From positions 4,992,001 to 5,056,000 of the forward strand of contig OY970303.1 of assembly GCA_963716255.1 (NCBI GenBank): DNA of 64,000 nucleotides. The letters run 5' to 3'. A program made the translations under genes and the position numbers. This document shows, piece by piece, positions 36,096 through 46,266 of the stretch. Source of the DNA: an uncultured Gemmatimonadales bacterium (GTDB lineage: Bacteria > Gemmatimonadota > Gemmatimonadetes > Longimicrobiales > Longimicrobiaceae). The notes under the pieces are model-generated. The model was not told the origin of the DNA. It saw nothing but the letters and a program-made list of their open reading frames with translations, and did no database searches. Position 1 is the stretch's first letter. Every line of letters begins with the position of its first letter.

Positions 36096-37757
36096 ATGAT
36101 CAGAAGCCTGCCGCTCCTGGCTGGGCTGCTCGCACTGCTGCCGGCGGGATGCGCTTCCATCGGAGGCGCACCAATCGAGGAGGTCGCCACGCTCATCGTG
36201 GGCGGGGGCGAGCGCCACCTCCGCGATCCCATGCGTCCGTTGCGAGGTACCACTCGGGTGCTGGTGTTCGCGCTCGATGGGGTGGGCAACGACGACCTCC
36301 GGCGGGCGATCTCCGGGGGCCGACTCCGCAACGTCTCACGCCTGCTCGGCCCCCCCACGGGCGAGCCAGGGGTCTTCGCGCACGGCTACGCCGCGGCGGA
36401 CGTCCTGTCCATCCTGCCTTCGAACACCGTGGCGACGTGGGTGTCCCTCTTCACCGGCCATCCACCGGGGGAGACCGGGGTGCCGGGGAACGAGTGGTTC
36501 GCGCGCGAGGAGATGCGCTTCCACGCCCCCGTACCCGGCTCCTTCCGCTCGAACGACCACGCGATCCGCATGTACACCCAGGGATTGTTGGGAGATGCGG
36601 TGCGTGGACCGACCCTGTTCGAGGAGGTCGGGGTGAGGTCGAACGTGTCGCTGCTCCCGATTCACAGGGGTGCGGACCTGCTGCACCTGCCCAAGCTGAA
36701 CACGTTCGGGGACCTATTCGCGGAGACGGTGCAGGGCGCGGTCCGAGGACGGCCGTCGTCCAGGAGCTACAGTGAGATGGACCGGAACTCGGTTCGCAGC
36801 CTCCTGGCAGGGCTGAAGGAGTACGGGGCGCCCGACCTGCAGGTGGTCTACCTTCCTGGCGTCGACCTGTACACACACCATGCGGACCCGCCCCTGGAGG
36901 CCCAGCAGAGCTACCTGGCCGAGGTCCTGGACCCGCTCGTCGGCGATGTGCTCAACGAGTACACCCGCCAGGGGGTGCTGGACCGCACCTTCGTGGTCCT
37001 GGTGTCGGACCACGGGCACACGCCCGTGCTCGGCGACGACCGCCACGCCCTGTCCGACGAGCCCGCGACGCTCCTGGAAAGCGCCGGCTTCCGGGTACGG
37101 CCATTCTCCCTCGACGCCCCGGACGACGACTTCCAGGCGGTGATCGCGTACCAGGGGAGCATGGCGTTCCTCTACCTCGCTGACCGATCCTCCTGTCCGC
37201 AGGAGGGCACGCGCTGCGACTGGCGGCGGAGCCCCCGGACGGAGCGGGATGTCCTCCCCGTAGTGCGTGCGTTTCACCGCGCCAACCGCACCGGCGAGGG
37301 CCAGCCGGAGCTGAAAGGCACCCTCGACCTGATCTTCGCGCGGCCCGCTGCACGCTGGTGGAATCGAGGCCCCCAGCCTTTCCAAGTCTGGGACGGAGAG
37401 CGCCTGGTCCCGGTCGCAGACTACCTGCGCCGCCATCCCCGGCCGGACCTCCTCCGGCTGGGCGAGCGGATGGAGGCGCTTTCTGCGTGGCCGTACGGAC
37501 AGCGCGCTGGGGATGTGCTGCTCCTGACCCGCGCGGGCTCGCACCTGCCCATTGAGGAGCGCTACTACTTCGGGGAGGAGGGCTACACCTCCTGGCATGG
37601 CAGCCCCAGCGCGCAGGACAGCCGGATCCCGCTGGTGGTCGCACGTCCCGGGATGCGAAGTGCCGAGGTCCGGACCCTGGTGCGCCGTGCGCTCGGCACG
37701 CGCCCCTCACAGCTCCATTTCGCCCCTCTGGTTCAGCTGCTTCTTCGGCAGCCCTGA
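36096..37757 (+). CDS. Alkaline phosphatase superfamily lipoprotein (type I phosphodiesterase/NPP-like)
   Basis: Lipobox LPAGC, VFALDGVG, PSNTVATWVSLFTG, DLYTH, VSDHGHT, HGSP. Confidence 0.87.
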   Translation: MIRSLPLLAGLLALLPAGCASIGGAPIEEVATLIVGGGERHLRDPMRPLRGTTRVLVFALDGVGNDDLRRAISGGRLRNVSRLLGPPTGEPGVFAHGYAAADVLSILPSNTVATWVSLFTGHPPGETGVPGNEWFAREEMRFHAPVPGSFRSNDHAIRMYTQGLLGDAVRGPTLFEEVGVRSNVSLLPIHRGADLLHLPKLNTFGDLFAETVQGAVRGRPSSRSYSEMDRNSVRSLLAGLKEYGAPDLQVVYLPGVDLYTHHADPPLEAQQSYLAEVLDPLVGDVLNEYTRQGVLDRTFVVLVSDHGHTPVLGDDRHALSDEPATLLESAGFRVRPFSLDAPDDDFQAVIAYQGSMAFLYLADRSSCPQEGTRCDWRRSPRTERDVLPVVRAFHRANRTGEGQPELKGTLDLIFARPAARWWNRGPQPFQVWDGERLVPVADYLRRHPRPDLLRLGERMEALSAWPYGQRAGDVLLLTRAGSHLPIEERYYFGEEGYTSWHGSPSAQDSRIPLVVARPGMRSAEVRTLVRRALGTRPSQLHFAPLVQLLLRQP

Positions 37758-37916
37758 TCCGCCCGGCCTCGCCGGCGGCTGGTCACGAGCGCCCGGCCGC
37801 CGAGGCCGCGCCCACGGCCCACAGCGATTCCAAGTTCCTGCGCCACCTCGCCAACCGTGTGGGTGTATGGTCCGCGGACGAACGCGACCGATCACCGAAC
37901 CGAGTGGAGGAGGCCG

Positions 37917-38993
37917 ATGCAGCCAGACTTCGTCCAGCCCGACGGCGCCTGGATCCCGGCGGAGCTCGTGTCCGCCGCCCTGCGCAGCGCTGCGGGCTCG
38001 GAAGCGGAGCCACCCTCCTTCACGCTGGTGAACCATGGCCAGTTCTTGAACGACCTCGCCGTGGCGACCCTTGCAGACGGGCGCCGGATGGTCGTCAAGC
38101 GCGGCCGGCACGCCTGGTCCGGGGAGCGGTTCGCGACGGCGCGGCGGGCGGCCGAGCTGTTCGGAGCGGCGGGCATCACCACCCCGCGCCCGGTGGATCT
38201 CCCGGCGGAGCTGGACGGGACCGCGTTCGACGCGTACTGGCGGATCGAGCTGCCCACGCTGGCGGAGCTCTGGCCTGAGCTCGGCCCCGGCGAGCGGCGG
38301 GGCGCGATGCGAAGCCTTGGTCGGCTGATGCGGACGGCCCATAGGACCCGACTCCCTGGCCATGGCGAGCTGCGGGCGGCTTCCGAGCATCCCCGGCCCC
38401 TCTCGCAGGCGCTCGCGGAAGACCTGGGCGGCCGCCTCATGCCCGCGGTACGAGCGGGGTGGCCGGACGGCGTGCCGCTGGTGGACTGGCTTCTAGGGAT
38501 GATCCTCGAGGTCGCTCGCCGCGCACCCAACTCCGGCGTGCTGCTGCACGGCGATCTCCACATGGGAAACGTCCTCTGCGAGCGCACCGGCGACACGGTG
38601 ACCTGCACGGGCCTGCTGGACCTGGAGTGCGCCCACGTGGGGCCGAGGGAAAGCGACCTGGCGAGGCTGGCCGTGATGCACACGGACCTGTTCGGAATGC
38701 CCGCCGGGGGACCCTGGGTCGAATGGGTCCGGGCAGGCTACGAAGAGCCGGTGGACCTGGTGGTCCTCGGGTTCTACGCGGTCTACCACCTGGCGCAGCT
38801 CGGCTTCCACTCCGCCTGGCTCGCCCACCACGAGCATGCGGCGAGCGTCGCCACGGCTGCACGGTCGGCTGTCGCCGCACTGCCGGCGCTTCGGCAGGCG
38901 TCGCAGGATGGGGGAAGCCGGTCGTCGGAAGCATGCAGTGGGGTCTTGCGTGCACTGCTTCCGCCCGCAGAAGAGGAGCTGGTCCGTGGGTGA
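37917..38993 (+). CDS. Aminoglycoside phosphotransferase (APH) family protein
   Basis: RBS GGAGGAGG, VVKR, LLHGDLHMGNVL, GLLDLE, GPRESDLA. Confidence 0.85.
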   Translation: MQPDFVQPDGAWIPAELVSAALRSAAGSEAEPPSFTLVNHGQFLNDLAVATLADGRRMVVKRGRHAWSGERFATARRAAELFGAAGITTPRPVDLPAELDGTAFDAYWRIELPTLAELWPELGPGERRGAMRSLGRLMRTAHRTRLPGHGELRAASEHPRPLSQALAEDLGGRLMPAVRAGWPDGVPLVDWLLGMILEVARRAPNSGVLLHGDLHMGNVLCERTGDTVTCTGLLDLECAHVGPRESDLARLAVMHTDLFGMPAGGPWVEWVRAGYEEPVDLVVLGFYAVYHLAQLGFHSAWLAHHEHAASVATAARSAVAALPALRQASQDGGSRSSEACSGVLRALLPPAEEELVRG

Positions 38994-39286
38994 GCACGAT
39001 TTTACCGCCGAGTGTGCACGCCACCGGTGCGGGCATTGCAGTCCGTCCGGCGTGGGGGGCTGGACATCCGCCGCCCTCCGTCGCGCTCTCCCCTGTGAAT
39101 CGTGCCTGCACACCTGCACGCGATGATGCGGCGTAGTAGGGATCCAAGTGGGGGGCGCCGAACGCGTCCCGGCAGGGCTCGTTTCCCCATCGGGTCCCCA
39201 GGGAAAGCCTGGGCGGGGACCGTTCCCCTGCCCCGCGACCGGGTCAGCCGCGCCCGCCTCCGTGGCGCAGGGCGGGCGGTGAGGCG

Positions 39287-41005
39287 ATGAAGTTCATCCC
39301 CGCGCAGCTCGCCTACCTTCTCCAGAGCCGCCCCACCCGGCGCAACCTGCACTCGCTGGGGCGTTTCCTGATGTTCCTGGGCGTGATGATGCTGGCCTAC
39401 AGCGTCGCCTTCCACTTCCTGATGGCGGCCGAGGGGCAGCGGCACTCGTGGATCACCGGCCTGTACTGGACGCTCACTGTGATGTCCACCCTGGGTTTCG
39501 GGGACATCACCTTCCAGAGCGACGCGGGGCGCGCCTTCTCCATGCTGGTCCTGGTGTCGGGCGTGGTCTTCCTGCTCGTCGTCCTCCCCTTCACCTTCAT
39601 CCAGTTCTTCTACGCCCCCTGGCTGGAGGCGCAGTCGCGCATGCGGGCGCCGCGGCAGGTCCCCGAAGGGACCCGGGGACACGTCATCCTCACCCACTTC
39701 GATCCCGTCGCGCTCTCCCTGGTGCAGCGGCTCCGCTACCACGGGCGCCGCCACTTCGTCCTGGAGCCGGACCTGACCCGCGCGCTCGAGATGCACGACG
39801 AGGGCGTCTCCGTTGTGGTGGGAGACCGGGACAAGATCGAGAGCTATCGAGACCTGCACGTCGAGGACGCCGCCCTGGTCGTCCTGACCGGCGACGACTA
39901 CCTGAACACGAACATCGCGTTCACGGTCCGCGAGCTGAATGCGCGCGTGCCGGTCGTCGCCATCGCGCGCGCGAAGGACTCCGTGGACATCCTGGAGCTC
40001 GCGGGGGCCACGCAGGTGCTCCACCTCCCGGAGATGCTGGGCCGGGCGCTCGCCCGGCGTACCCTGGGCGGGGACGTGCGCGCGAACGTCATCGGCCGCT
40101 TTGGGGACCTGGTGATCGCGGAGGCCCCGGCGACCGGCACCCCGCTGATCGGCAGGACGATCGCGCAGAGCCGGCTCCGCGAGGTCACCGGGATGACGGT
40201 GGTCGGAGTCTGGGAGCGCGGCAGCTTCGAGGTTCCCCTGCCGGAAACGCCGATCCGGGCGAACACCGTGCTCGTGCTCGCCGGGACGGAAGAGCAGCTG
40301 GGGCGCTTCGCCGAGCTGATGGTGATCTACAGCGCCTCCGAGGTCCCGGCGCTCGTGATCGGGGGCGGGCGGGTCGGCCGCGCGGCGGCCCGCGGCCTCG
40401 CCGAGCGGGAGATCCCGTACCGGATCCTGGAACAGAGGCAGGAGCTGATCCGCAACCCGGCCACGTACGTCCACGGGTCGGCCGCGGACCGGGAGTGCCT
40501 GGAGCGGGCGGGGATCGGGGAGGCCGGGACCGTCATCGTCACCACCAACGACGACGCCACGAACATGTACCTGACGGTGTACTGCCGCCGTCTGCGTCCG
40601 GACATCCAAATCATCAGCCGCTCCACCCTGGAGCGGAACGTCTCGACCCTTCACCTGGCGGGCGCTGACTTCGTGCTGTCGTACGCCTCGATGGGGGCGA
40701 ACGCGATCTACAACGTGCTGGAGAAGGGCGACGTGGTCATGCTGGCGGAGGGCCTGGACATCTTCCGGACGCCCGTTCCGGCCGACCTGGTCGGGCGCTC
40801 GCTGGGCGGGACCTCCATCCGAGACGAGACCGGGTGCAGCGTCATCGCGATCGAGGAGGATGGGCGCAGGGTGGTGAATCCCCCCGCGGACATGCCGATC
40901 CCGGGCGGCCCCGGTGCCGAGCTGATCCTGATCGGCACCACGGCGAGCGAGCGCCGCTTCATGGAGCGATATGCCAACGGGGGGCGTTCGGCCCGGCACC
41001 GATAG
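39287..41005 (+). CDS. Potassium channel protein with tandem RCK (TrkA-N/TrkA-C) domains
   Basis: YWTLTVMSTLGFGDI pore/filter, two RCK units, IGGGRVGR nucleotide-binding motif. Confidence 0.9.
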   Translation: MKFIPAQLAYLLQSRPTRRNLHSLGRFLMFLGVMMLAYSVAFHFLMAAEGQRHSWITGLYWTLTVMSTLGFGDITFQSDAGRAFSMLVLVSGVVFLLVVLPFTFIQFFYAPWLEAQSRMRAPRQVPEGTRGHVILTHFDPVALSLVQRLRYHGRRHFVLEPDLTRALEMHDEGVSVVVGDRDKIESYRDLHVEDAALVVLTGDDYLNTNIAFTVRELNARVPVVAIARAKDSVDILELAGATQVLHLPEMLGRALARRTLGGDVRANVIGRFGDLVIAEAPATGTPLIGRTIAQSRLREVTGMTVVGVWERGSFEVPLPETPIRANTVLVLAGTEEQLGRFAELMVIYSASEVPALVIGGGRVGRAAARGLAEREIPYRILEQRQELIRNPATYVHGSAADRECLERAGIGEAGTVIVTTNDDATNMYLTVYCRRLRPDIQIISRSTLERNVSTLHLAGADFVLSYASMGANAIYNVLEKGDVVMLAEGLDIFRTPVPADLVGRSLGGTSIRDETGCSVIAIEEDGRRVVNPPADMPIPGGPGAELILIGTTASERRFMERYANGGRSARHR

Positions 41006-41084
41006 GACGCGCGCCCGGCTTCCGCGGCGGAGGAGCGATCGGGCCGCCCCCGCAGGCCGAGTCTCAGCGCGGGCGGGCGGCGGC

Positions 41085-41624
41085 TCACCGTGGCCGATCG
41101 TCCTCCTCGAAGAACATCGCCGCGGGCGTGGCTTCCAGGTGCATGGCCCCCACCAGCCGGTCGAGCGCCGCCGCGAGGGTGTGGACCTCCGGGGCCGACA
41201 GCCGCGCCAGGCCAGCCACCAGCAGCGCCGTGGGCGCGGTCGGCGCCTGCACCAGCAGGCTCCTGCCGGCCTCGGTGATCCGCACCTCCGCCCGGCGCCG
41301 GTCGCGCGGCGACGGCGACCGCTCCGCGAGCTCGCGTCCCACGAGCCGGTCCACCACGGCGGCCACCGAGCTGCGGTCCGTCAGCGTCCGCTCGGCCAGC
41401 TCGTTGATGGAGAGCCCGTCCGCATCCGTCAGCTGGGAAAGGACGAACAGCTGCGCGGCGCTGATCCCGAGCGTGGCCTGCGTCTCCGTCGCCGCGGTCC
41501 GCATCACGCGCAGGATGCGGCGCAGCGCGTCGACCGCGGCCGCGGTATCCGCATCCCTCTCCCCACCTCCTCCGGCTTGCCCTGCATCCGTTCCCGTGTC
41601 CTTCAACTCACCCTTCATCTCCAC
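41085..41624 (-). CDS. MarR-family transcriptional regulator
   Basis: GISAAQLFVL, LSINELAERT, SSVAAVVDRLV, DRRRAEVRITEAG. Confidence 0.92.
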   Translation of the reverse strand: MEMKGELKDTGTDAGQAGGGGERDADTAAAVDALRRILRVMRTAATETQATLGISAAQLFVLSQLTDADGLSINELAERTLTDRSSVAAVVDRLVGRELAERSPSPRDRRRAEVRITEAGRSLLVQAPTAPTALLVAGLARLSAPEVHTLAAALDRLVGAMHLEATPAAMFFEEDDRPR

Positions 41625-41645
41625 CTCCAGCCGGTGGGTTGTTCT

Positions 41646-41667
41646 AACATGGGGGATCCCCCATATT
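41646..41667. promoter_or_regulatory. Palindromic operator, copy 1 (putative MarR site)
   Basis: AACATGGGGGATCCCCCATATT; the core 41649-41664 is a perfect palindrome. It sits just upstream of marR. Confidence 0.75.
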
Positions 41668-41729
41668 CGGATGACACGGACCAGAGATTACCGTGGCTCC
41701 GCGGAGTTCCAGACCTCGAGAAGGAATAA

Positions 41730-41909
41730 ATGACGACCACTGCGATCATCTTCATGGTGGTGATCTGGACGGCCCTGCTTGGCCTCCTCACCTGGTCGTA
41801 CGCGAAGATCCTCCGGGGGCGCCGCCACTTCGACCCGGACGGGATCGGCCCCGCCGCGCCTCCGGTGCCGGGCATGGCCGCGGAAGAGCAGCGGCCGCCG
41901 CGGTGGTGA
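41730..41909 (+). CDS. 59-aa single-TM small protein (MetS-like N-terminus; not in the ORF track)
   Basis: RBS AAGGA, then MTTTAIIFMVVIWTALLGLLTWSYAKILRGRRHFDPDGIGPAAPPVPGMAAEEQRPPRW. Confidence 0.7.
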   Translation: MTTTAIIFMVVIWTALLGLLTWSYAKILRGRRHFDPDGIGPAAPPVPGMAAEEQRPPRW

Positions 41910-41976
41910 ACGGAGACAAGGCCGGCGTCCGGGGCGGGCAGCCCGGGAGGAGCAGCTACTCACGTCGCCGGATGCA

Positions 41977-43419
41977 ATGATGGCGCCTTCAGCAGAGATC
42001 CCTGCGGGCCGGCTGATCCTGGTGTCCAACCGGCTCCCGGTGACGGTCGCCGCGGGCGAGGATGGTCTCCGGATCGAGCCGAGCGCCGGGGGGATGGCGA
42101 CCGGCCTCCGCGAGCCGCACCGCCGCTTCGGCGGACCCTGGGTGGGCTGGCCCGGGCCGTACGCCGGTCCCGACGAACAGGACCCGGCGGCGCTCGAGGC
42201 GGCCCTTGCGGAGCTGGGCACCGTCCCGGTGCACATGAGCGAGCAGGAGGTGAGCCGCTTCTACGAGGGGTTCGCCAACGGCGTGCTCTGGCCGGTGTTC
42301 CACTACCTGATCGGGCAGGTCCCGCTGCGGGTGGAGGGGTGGGAGGAGTACCGGGCCGTCAACGAGCGGTTCGCCGACACGGTGGTCGATCTCTACCGGG
42401 TGGGGGACTCGATCTGGGTTCACGACTTCCAGCTCCTGCTCCTTCCGGGGCTCCTCCGTCAGCGTCTGCCGCGCGCGCGGATCGGCTTCTTCCTGCACAT
42501 CCCCTTTCCCAGCTCCGAGGTGTTCGCCGCGCTGCCCCACCGCGAGCAGATGCTCCGCGGCCTCCTGGGCGCGGACCTCATCGGCTTCCACACCGAAGCC
42601 TACGCGCGCCACTTCCTCTCGTCGATCCAGCGGGTGCTGGGGATCACCGGGGAGATGGAGGAGGTGAGGCACGAGAGCCGGCCGGTGCGCCTGGGCGCCT
42701 TCCCCATGGGGGTGGACGCGGCGGCGCTCGACGCGCGTGCCCGTGCCGAGCCCGTGGAGGAAGAGCTGCGCGCGCTGCGGGACGACGGCTCGTGCAGGCT
42801 GCTGCTGGCGGTCGACCGTCTCGACTACACCATGGGGATTCCCCGGCGGCTGCTGGCGTTCGAGCTGCTGCTCGCCCGCAGGCCGGAGTGGCGGGGCCGG
42901 GTGCGGCTGATCCAGGTCGCTGTGCCGTCGCGCGCCCAGGTCCGCGCCTACCGCGCGATCCGGCGCGAGGTCGACGCGCTCGTGGGCAGGATCAACGGCG
43001 AGTTCGGCACGCCGCACTGGACGCCCGTCCAGTACCTGTACCAGAGCGTCCCCGAGCACCAGCTGCTGGCGCTCTACCGCGCCGCCGACGTCATGCTCGT
43101 CACCCCGGTGCGGGACGGGATGAACCTGGTGGCGAAGGAGTTCGTCGTCGCCCGCTCGGACGAGGACGGGGTGCTGGTGCTGAGCGAGTTCGCCGGCGCC
43201 GCCGCGGAAATGCGGAGCGCCGTGCTGGTGAACCCCTACGACCTGGAGCAGAGCGCGGAGCGCTACCACCAGGCGCTCGTGATGGCGGCGTCGGAGCGCG
43301 GAGCGCGCATGCGGAGCCTGCGCGAGCACGTGTTCGGCTTCGACGTGCACCGCTGGGCGGACACGTTCCTCGCGGCACTGCAGGATCCCCGTCCACCGGA
43401 ACCGGCGGGCCGGCCGTGA
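41977..43419 (+). CDS. otsA: Trehalose-6-phosphate synthase (GT20), no phosphatase domain
   Basis: [56 protein letters not shown]. Confidence 0.92.
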   Translation: MMAPSAEIPAGRLILVSNRLPVTVAAGEDGLRIEPSAGGMATGLREPHRRFGGPWVGWPGPYAGPDEQDPAALEAALAELGTVPVHMSEQEVSRFYEGFANGVLWPVFHYLIGQVPLRVEGWEEYRAVNERFADTVVDLYRVGDSIWVHDFQLLLLPGLLRQRLPRARIGFFLHIPFPSSEVFAALPHREQMLRGLLGADLIGFHTEAYARHFLSSIQRVLGITGEMEEVRHESRPVRLGAFPMGVDAAALDARARAEPVEEELRALRDDGSCRLLLAVDRLDYTMGIPRRLLAFELLLARRPEWRGRVRLIQVAVPSRAQVRAYRAIRREVDALVGRINGEFGTPHWTPVQYLYQSVPEHQLLALYRAADVMLVTPVRDGMNLVAKEFVVARSDEDGVLVLSEFAGAAAEMRSAVLVNPYDLEQSAERYHQALVMAASERGARMRSLREHVFGFDVHRWADTFLAALQDPRPPEPAGRP

Positions 43420-43790
43420 GCACCGTACCCGAGGCCGTCCAGCGCTTCATCGCGGCGAACATCGACTCGGCGGAGCAGCTCGAGGTGCTCCTGCTGCTGC
43501 ACCGCCACCCCGACCGGGGGTGGCGCGCCCACGACGTGAGCCGCGAGATCTTCACCGTCCCCGCGGCGGCCACCCTGCGGCTGGAGAGCCTGGTGGAGCT
43601 GGGATTCCTGCGCTCGGACGGTGCCGCCGACCCGGAGTACCGGTACCAGCCGCGCTCGGAGGAGCAGGGCACGGGCGTGCAGGCGCTGGCGGACGCGTAC
43701 CGCGCGAACCGCGTCGGGGTACTGAACCTTGTCTTCCGCCGCCCGCCCGACCCCATCCGCAGCTTCAGCGACGCCTTCCGCATCCGGTGA
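43416..43790 (+). CDS. Small winged-helix-like hypothetical protein, paralog of 51129-51521
   Basis: GTGA overlap with otsA. VQRFIAANIDSAEQLEVLLLL...YRYQP...LADAYRANRV...DPIRSFSDAFRIR. Confidence 0.8.
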   Translation: MSTVPEAVQRFIAANIDSAEQLEVLLLLHRHPDRGWRAHDVSREIFTVPAAATLRLESLVELGFLRSDGAADPEYRYQPRSEEQGTGVQALADAYRANRVGVLNLVFRRPPDPIRSFSDAFRIR

Positions 43791-43864
43791 GGCGCCCACG
43801 TCGGCCCGGCCGGCGGCGCGCCCACCCTGCCGCCGGTCTGCCGGGCCGGGACCGTCCCCTGGGA

Positions 43865-44272
43865 TCAGGCCGCCACCGCCCGGAGCAGCTGGTTGCACAT
43901 CAGCTCGCAGCGGCGGCATGACTCGGCGCACACGCGGCAGTGCTCGTGGTGCTCCGCGTGGCGCTCGCACTCCTCTCCACACGACAAGCACGCCTGCGCG
44001 CACGCCTGAAGCTGCGCCCGGAGGAGCGCTGCATCGGGCTCCGTCTGGCGGGACGCCACGCGCCCGGTGGCTTCGCAGACGTCGGCGCAGTCCAGGTTGA
44101 GCCGGATGCAGCGGACGAGCTCCTCGACCTGGGGCTCCCCCAGGCACGCGTCCGCGCACGCCGTACAGGCCTGCGCACAGTCGAAGCACGACCGGATGCA
44201 CTCGGCCAGTGCCCTGCGGTCCCCCCGCACCGGACGCGGGTGGGTCTCCAGCATCTGCTCGGCGTGCCTCAT
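43865..44272 (-). CDS. Four-helix bundle copper storage protein (Csp3/DUF326-like)
   Basis: 18 Cys in CxxxC/CxxC repeats, HAEHHEHC motif, no signal peptide. Confidence 0.92.
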   Translation of the reverse strand: MRHAEQMLETHPRPVRGDRRALAECIRSCFDCAQACTACADACLGEPQVEELVRCIRLNLDCADVCEATGRVASRQTEPDAALLRAQLQACAQACLSCGEECERHAEHHEHCRVCAESCRRCELMCNQLLRAVAA

Positions 44273-44304
44273 CGGTCCTCCGTGGTTGAGGGGTTCTTCC
44301 TGCC

Positions 44305-45636
44305 CTACGACGCTCCGACCCGTGGCGCCGGGGGGCCCAGGTCGACCGCGTGGTCCACCGGGCGCGGGATCAGCAGCTCGCCCTCGGAGCGGGCGACGAA
44401 GGCCGCGCAGGACAGGTCGCCCGTCACATTGACGGCCGTCCGGAGCATGTCCAGGAGCCGGTCCACCCCCAGGATCAGCGCGATCCCGGCCGCCGCCTGA
44501 CCCGCGAGCCCCACCGACTGGAGGACCAGGATGAGCGTGACGATCCCGGCGCTCGGCACGCCCGCGGCCCCGATGGAGGCCAGCGTCGCGGTGAGCACCA
44601 CGGTCAGGATCTCACCCACCCCCAGCTCGATCCCGTACACCTGCGCGATGAACACCGTCGCCACGCCCTGGTAGAGCGCGGTCCCGTCCATGTTGACGGT
44701 GGCTCCCAGCGGGAGGACGAACGACGCGACCGGCCGGGAGACGCCCAGCTTCTCCTCTGCGGTCTCCATGGTCACGGGGAGCGTCGCGCTGGACGACGAG
44801 GTGGAGAACGCGATCAGCGGCACCTCCCGGATCCGCCGGAAGAAGTCCAGGGGACTCAGCCTCGCCAGGAGCGCCACCAGAGTCCCATAGGTGCCGAACG
44901 CGTGCAGCGCGAGCCCCGCCACGACCACCCCGGCATACACGGCCAGGGAGCCCAGCACGTCCATGCCGAACCGGCTGACCACCCCGGTGATCAGCGCGAA
45001 GACGGCCAGCGGCGCCAGCTTCATGATCCAGTCGACGATGATCAGGGCGGCGTCGTTGACGCCGGCGAAGAACGTCAGGATCGCGTCGCGGCGCTCCGGC
45101 CGCAGCAGCGACACCGCCGCGCCGAAGACCAGCACGAAGACGATGAGCGGGAGCAGGTTGCCTTCCGCCGCGGCGCCCACGGGGTTGCTGGGGACCATCT
45201 CCAGCAGCAGGTCCAGCGTGCCGGGCTTCTCCGCTGCCAGCGCCACCTTGCCGGCCGCGTCCGCGCCGAACTCCGCCGCGAGCGCGTCGCGCGAGGCGGC
45301 GCTGATCCGGCTGCCCGGCCGCACCGCCAGCGCCAGGGTGAGCCCGATGCAGACCGCCACCGCGGTGGTGAACAGGTAGTAGGCCAGCGTCTTGCCGCCG
45401 ATCCGGCCCAGCCTGCGGATGTCCCCCAGCGACGCCACCCCGGTGAGGAGGGAGGCGACCACCAGCGGGACCACGATCATGGTGATGAGGCGGACGAACA
45501 CGGCGCCCATGAACTCCAGGAGCGGGAGCACGCGCTCTCCCCACCACGCGGCGTCGGAGAAGCCCGCTGCGTTCGCCGCCGCGCCGGCCAGCACGCCGGC
45601 GCCCAGGCCGATCAGGATCTTGTTGTGAAGCTGCAC
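44305..45636 (-). CDS. Dicarboxylate/amino acid:cation symporter (DAACS, GltP-like)
   Basis: LHNKILIGL, AFSTSSSSATLP, LPLGATVNMDGTALY, GVDRLLDMLRTAVNVTGD. GTG start at 45636. Confidence 0.93.
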   Translation of the reverse strand: MQLHNKILIGLGAGVLAGAAANAAGFSDAAWWGERVLPLLEFMGAVFVRLITMIVVPLVVASLLTGVASLGDIRRLGRIGGKTLAYYLFTTAVAVCIGLTLALAVRPGSRISAASRDALAAEFGADAAGKVALAAEKPGTLDLLLEMVPSNPVGAAAEGNLLPLIVFVLVFGAAVSLLRPERRDAILTFFAGVNDAALIIVDWIMKLAPLAVFALITGVVSRFGMDVLGSLAVYAGVVVAGLALHAFGTYGTLVALLARLSPLDFFRRIREVPLIAFSTSSSSATLPVTMETAEEKLGVSRPVASFVLPLGATVNMDGTALYQGVATVFIAQVYGIELGVGEILTVVLTATLASIGAAGVPSAGIVTLILVLQSVGLAGQAAAGIALILGVDRLLDMLRTAVNVTGDLSCAAFVARSEGELLIPRPVDHAVDLGPPAPRVGAS

Positions 45637-45723
45637 GTGGCCTTGTTCGCCGTCGGGTGGTGAGGCAGGAGCCCGCTGGCCGCCCCGGCTGTTCGCGCGG
45701 CCGTTCTCGCCGCGGGTTGAACC

Positions 45724-45745
45724 AATATGGGGTATCCCCCATATT
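45724..45745. promoter_or_regulatory. Palindromic operator, copy 2
   Basis: AATATGGGGTATCCCCCATATT, 20/22 identical to 41646-41667. Lies between the divergent symporter and CLC transcription units. Confidence 0.75.
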
Positions 45746-45850
45746 CTGCAAATGCCGTGCGTGCGCCGCACCGGGTGCGGGGCGGGTCCACGTCGCCGGT
45801 GGGGCACCCTGATGCTTCGGGAGTGAGAGGGATGAGCGACGAGTGGGCCT

Positions 45851-46212
45851 GTGAGTTCTACCGCTGACGACCGGTTTCCCGACGACGTGCACAGCCCGCT
45901 CCGGGACCACGTCGCGTCCATGGGCACCTGGAAGCCCTGGTCCTGCTCGCCCGCATGCCGGCCCCGGAGTATTCCCCCTTCGACGTCGCGGCCGAGACCC
46001 CGGTCGATCCGGAGACCTCGGCCGCCGCGCTGCGCGACCTGGCCGCCGCGGGGCTCCTGGTGGCGCTGCACCCCAACGGCGGCGGGACCTTCCGCTTCGC
46101 CCCGGCCACGCCCGCGCTGCGGCACGCCGCCGAAAGGGTCGCCGGGTGCTAGGCACGGTTCCCGGTCCAGGTGGTGCGGGCGGTCTACGAGCAGCCGGAG
46201 GAGCCCGCGTGA
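45851..46212 (+). pseudogene. Decayed third wHTH paralog
   Basis: MSSTADDRFPDDVHSPLRDHVASM, frameshift near 45925, HLEALVLLAR...FRFAPATPALR...AGC*ARFPVQVVRAVYEQP with an in-frame TAG at 46150-46152. Confidence 0.65.
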
Positions 46213-46266
46213 GGGCCTCCGCCCGCCGCTTCCGGACGGCGTTCCTGGCCCGCCGCGCCTGGCGCG

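Noticed and set aside
37917..38993. Calling the APH-family gene an antibiotic-resistance gene
   Set aside because: The fold is shared by many small-molecule kinases, and nothing in the sequence indicates aminoglycoside specificity.
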